Positions 62,501 through 64,000 of a stretch of DNA of 64,000 nucleotides are shown piece after piece. The DNA is taken from assembly GCA_947624175.1 (NCBI GenBank), contig CANQJD010000002.1:1170-65169 (forward strand), given 5' to 3'. Below the pieces are notes generated by a model. That model saw only the letters and a list, made by a program, of their open reading frames with translations, made no database searches and had not been told where the DNA came from. The position numbers and the translations under genes are program-made. This DNA comes from an uncultured Bacilli bacterium. GTDB taxonomy: Bacteria > Bacillota_I > Bacilli_A > RF39 > UBA660. The first letter of the stretch is position 1. Each line of letters opens with the position of its first letter.

Positions 62501-64000
62501 TTCTCTTTGAGTAATTGTAAAGTTATATGTTCCACTTGCTAATGTTAAACTATAATTATTTGCTTTAAATCCTTCTCCATCACTTAATGTTAGATTTCCT
62601 AGATTGACTGGATAGGTTCCGACATTTTCCCCTATTGTTCTTCCTAACTTTCCTGTAAATACTGGATTTTCTCCTGATATGGCTCCAGTGTTACTATATC
62701 CTATAGTTGGGTCAGTATCACCATATGTTTTAGATAAATTGCTATTTGGGGTTACTGTTATTTGTTTTTTATTAATTGTTAAGGTTCCATCAACATAACT
62801 TAAGTTATAGTTTGCTGTTACTTCTGTTTCCCCTGACATTATCTTGGCATTACTTGGAGTTATCTTTCCTCCTGGTACATCTTTAGTTGATGCTGTTAAA
62901 GTTATAGCTCCTAATGTATGATTAGTTACTAAATCTTTAGCTGTTGCTTGACTTACTGCATTTGTTATTCCGGTTCCATAGGTTACTGTTTGGTCATTTG
63001 CCGTTATACTTGCATTCTTTTTATTTATTTTACATGTTAAAGTCTTATTTCCTGTTGTATTATCACTCCAACGATATCCTTCTTGTAAAGTTTCAGTTAC
63101 TGAATAATTATCTTTTGCATCTGTTCCTGCATTACTTCCTAATGTTATTCCTATACCTCCTGATGCTAAGTTTTGACTCGTTCCATTATAAGTTGGATTT
63201 GCACATGTTGCTTCACTTGCTACTTTATATCCTGTTACTTTATAAGTTACACTATTGGATTTATTGTAATTCTTGGTATCTGTTGGATTAAAGGTTACTA
63301 CTACATCTACACTTCCATTAGATACTCCTGTGATTGTTATTTCATTTCCACTTACTTTGGTTGTTACGATTCCTTCTTTACTGGTTGTTACTGTGTATGT
63401 TCCTGCTGTATTTGGAGTTATTGTTCCTGTTATCGTTACACTTTTTCCTTCTAATACTTCTCCCGTTTCACTACTTAAAGTTAACTTAGGAGTTGCTTTA
63501 ATTATTTCAAAATTAACTGGTGTTTCAGAGAATTTTAAATTATAGTTACTTGCTTTAAATGGTAATTTATCTTCTATATCTAACGTTCCTTTATTTATTA
63601 GATATGTCCCAACATCATTTCCTTCGGCTCTTCCTAATTTTCCTGTAAATCCTGGTTCTTCTAAATTACCTGTATAAGTATAGGTTAAATCTTTATCATC
63701 AGTTCCATATACTTTACTTTGATTTGAGTCTGGGGTTACTATTAAATCTTTCTTTCCTATACTACAATTGATTGTGATATCTTCTTGTGATTTATCACTC
63801 CATCTATAGTTTTCTTTTAAGATTGCCTTTATTTGATAACTTCCTGCATCTTTCTGCTTATAATTATCAAGTGTATATCCTTCTTTATTATTTTCTACTA
63901 AATCTTGACTTTCTCCATTATATGTCCTTGCTATACATATTGCTTCCGTTGGTTTTTCTATTAAAGTATATCTTTCTGGATTTATATTAACTGTATAATA
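59507..64000 (-). CDS. Second giant MBG/Ig-repeat surface adhesin paralog (N-terminus beyond window end), with tandem DUF6273-like domains and MucBP-like C-terminus
   Basis: The track ORF 59507..62839 starts at an internal Met. I translated the same frame up to position 64000 without meeting a stop. Its N-terminal half is about 90% identical in protein to the corresponding part of 12201..17774. The C-terminal part differs, with two domains each ending ...(G/A)VRP(V/S)INLKS... and a final ...KVVINYYLMNKDGVNYTL... segment. Confidence 0.8.
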   Translation of the reverse strand, partial: YYTVNINPERYTLIEKPTEAICIARTYNGESQDLVENNKEGYTLDNYKQKDAGSYQIKAILKENYRWSDKSQEDITINCSIGKKDLIVTPDSNQSKVYGTDDKDLTYTYTGNLEEPGFTGKLGRAEGNDVGTYLINKGTLDIEDKLPFKASNYNLKFSETPVNFEIIKATPKLTLSSETGEVLEGKSVTITGTITPNTAGTYTVTTSKEGIVTTKVSGNEITITGVSNGSVDVVVTFNPTDTKNYNKSNSVTYKVTGYKVASEATCANPTYNGTSQNLASGGIGITLGSNAGTDAKDNYSVTETLQEGYRWSDNTTGNKTLTCKINKKNASITANDQTVTYGTGITNAVSQATAKDLVTNHTLGAITLTASTKDVPGGKITPSNAKIMSGETEVTANYNLSYVDGTLTINKKQITVTPNSNLSKTYGDTDPTIGYSNTGAISGENPVFTGKLGRTIGENVGTYPVNLGNLTLSDGEGFKANNYSLTLASGTYNFTITQRETTITPVNQTITYGGSIDKSVSKATASNLVTGHSLSEITLTTTDTNVTSSGKISASGAKIVNGSTDVTSNYKISYGTGTLTINKADVEAGSCANKTYSGAEQTIVNTVSGVNYTTTKGTDAKTYTITATPDSNHKFSDNAANKTLSCSIGKKSVTLTWNVGTYTYNGSNQGPSATVASGAISGETLTISTTKQTNAGTNITSTATVSEVSGGRANKDNYTISNPTQTYTIAKATPTLTLSSSSGNVLVGSTILFTASAKFNNNDVAGTYTATSQNSGIATASVSDNTIAITGKGAGTTNITVGFNPTDTTNYNSATSQTYSVTSKIPTAVDKVLDKVKDKSCNPIVEDEDGTIYFSGNDECIDFNYVWYSGKLWRITAINPDGTMKMRMQDAITAIYWGENTTYKDSWIYQWLNEDFKDTLYNYQNIIVQNADWNATPDGNSIPAKPPTDKTATIVQGNVGLLNAYEYYQSYKNISGSSASKETYLKNGNNYSWFMTPYSSSMVWNVTSGDKLSNASPSSSAYGVRPVINLKSDIKLSGEGTKSNPYTITIDKPTGIPGDSINTRLSGEYVKVDNKIYRIVGIENGTTKLTGVDFVRDEYGSILTKQFSTSRTNESWVFSQWNTYLNDTWLTTELQNYITDGTYYLGAVKNASYKNSICSESNTTETTKNCEKTTKTWTGKVGLPRVGEMFSVTIGNSTFYSMSLITPADSGYTIRTGVGYYLERRKPNEMYDAVRPSINLKSEVKIAGGSGTIDSPYTVSLGTSSPSNEGPGIVDENIGTNKTASLGSCNNLIYNGEEQTLVSGGKNVTYSNNKGTDAGTYTVMATTKNGYFFNDGSTTKTLSCTIEKKTLEVNYSSTSVKYTGGLVAPKATAIGVNGEKIELETTKNKEVGNYTTVATMKDVNPNYTLRNTVIDYEITKDNVKEEASDIKTKVVINYYLMNKDGVNYTLVNSKEIDSKEGDSITGELNKYDGYITPKEITIKVVKGINIINYYYER

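Noticed and set aside
60481-63990. Plus-strand ORFs 60481..60675, 60606..61031, 61069..61254, 61608..61823, 62944..63291, 63173..63454, 63273..63545, 63787..63990
   Set aside because: All are antisense to the continuous minus-strand adhesin reading frame that I could translate without stops from 62839 to 64000. They are artefacts of AT-rich repeat sequence.

Overview
Low-GC window (roughly 27-28% GC) from a Firmicute-like chromosome. It uses the standard genetic code: Trp is TGG in pyrG-neighbouring genes, ppdK and the giant adhesins. MraY, PrsA, SipW, the hrcA-grpE-dnaK-dnaJ operon with CIRCE elements, and YjcZ- and Cse60-like micro-ORFs together suggest a peptidoglycan-bearing, probably spore-forming bacterium. 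Coding is dense and almost entirely on the minus strand. Housekeeping genes include lepB, rplS, a RumA-type rRNA methyltransferase, maf, mntP, pyrG, prsA, trmB, secG, dnaJ, pepF, dnaK, grpE, hrcA, a purine nucleoside phosphorylase and ppdK. Accessory content: (1) two paralogous giant repeat adhesins about 42 kb apart, one running off the window; (2) an approximately 12.5 kb minus-strand locus encoding Tad/Flp-like pilus assembly proteins (CpaB, CpaF, TadB, TadC, a TadE-like protein, a candidate small pilin) led by a duplicated module of huge secreted VWA-domain proteins plus paired type I membrane proteins. This is my best candidate for an undescribed system; (3) a tightly packed sipW-centred operon with several uncharacterised secreted and membrane proteins, a DUF421 protein and two paralogous small Cys-motif membrane proteins; (4) an AAA/DUF4143 ATPase cassette bracketed by duplicated hairpin repeats; (5) mobile or decayed DNA: a KilA-N gene, tandem RhuM-like fragments whose Trp positions are TGA, and an Rpn-family nuclease/transposase pseudogene. 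The ORF track omits edge-truncated and very short ORFs; I added several by eye. All functional calls rest on motif recognition by eye, not database searches.
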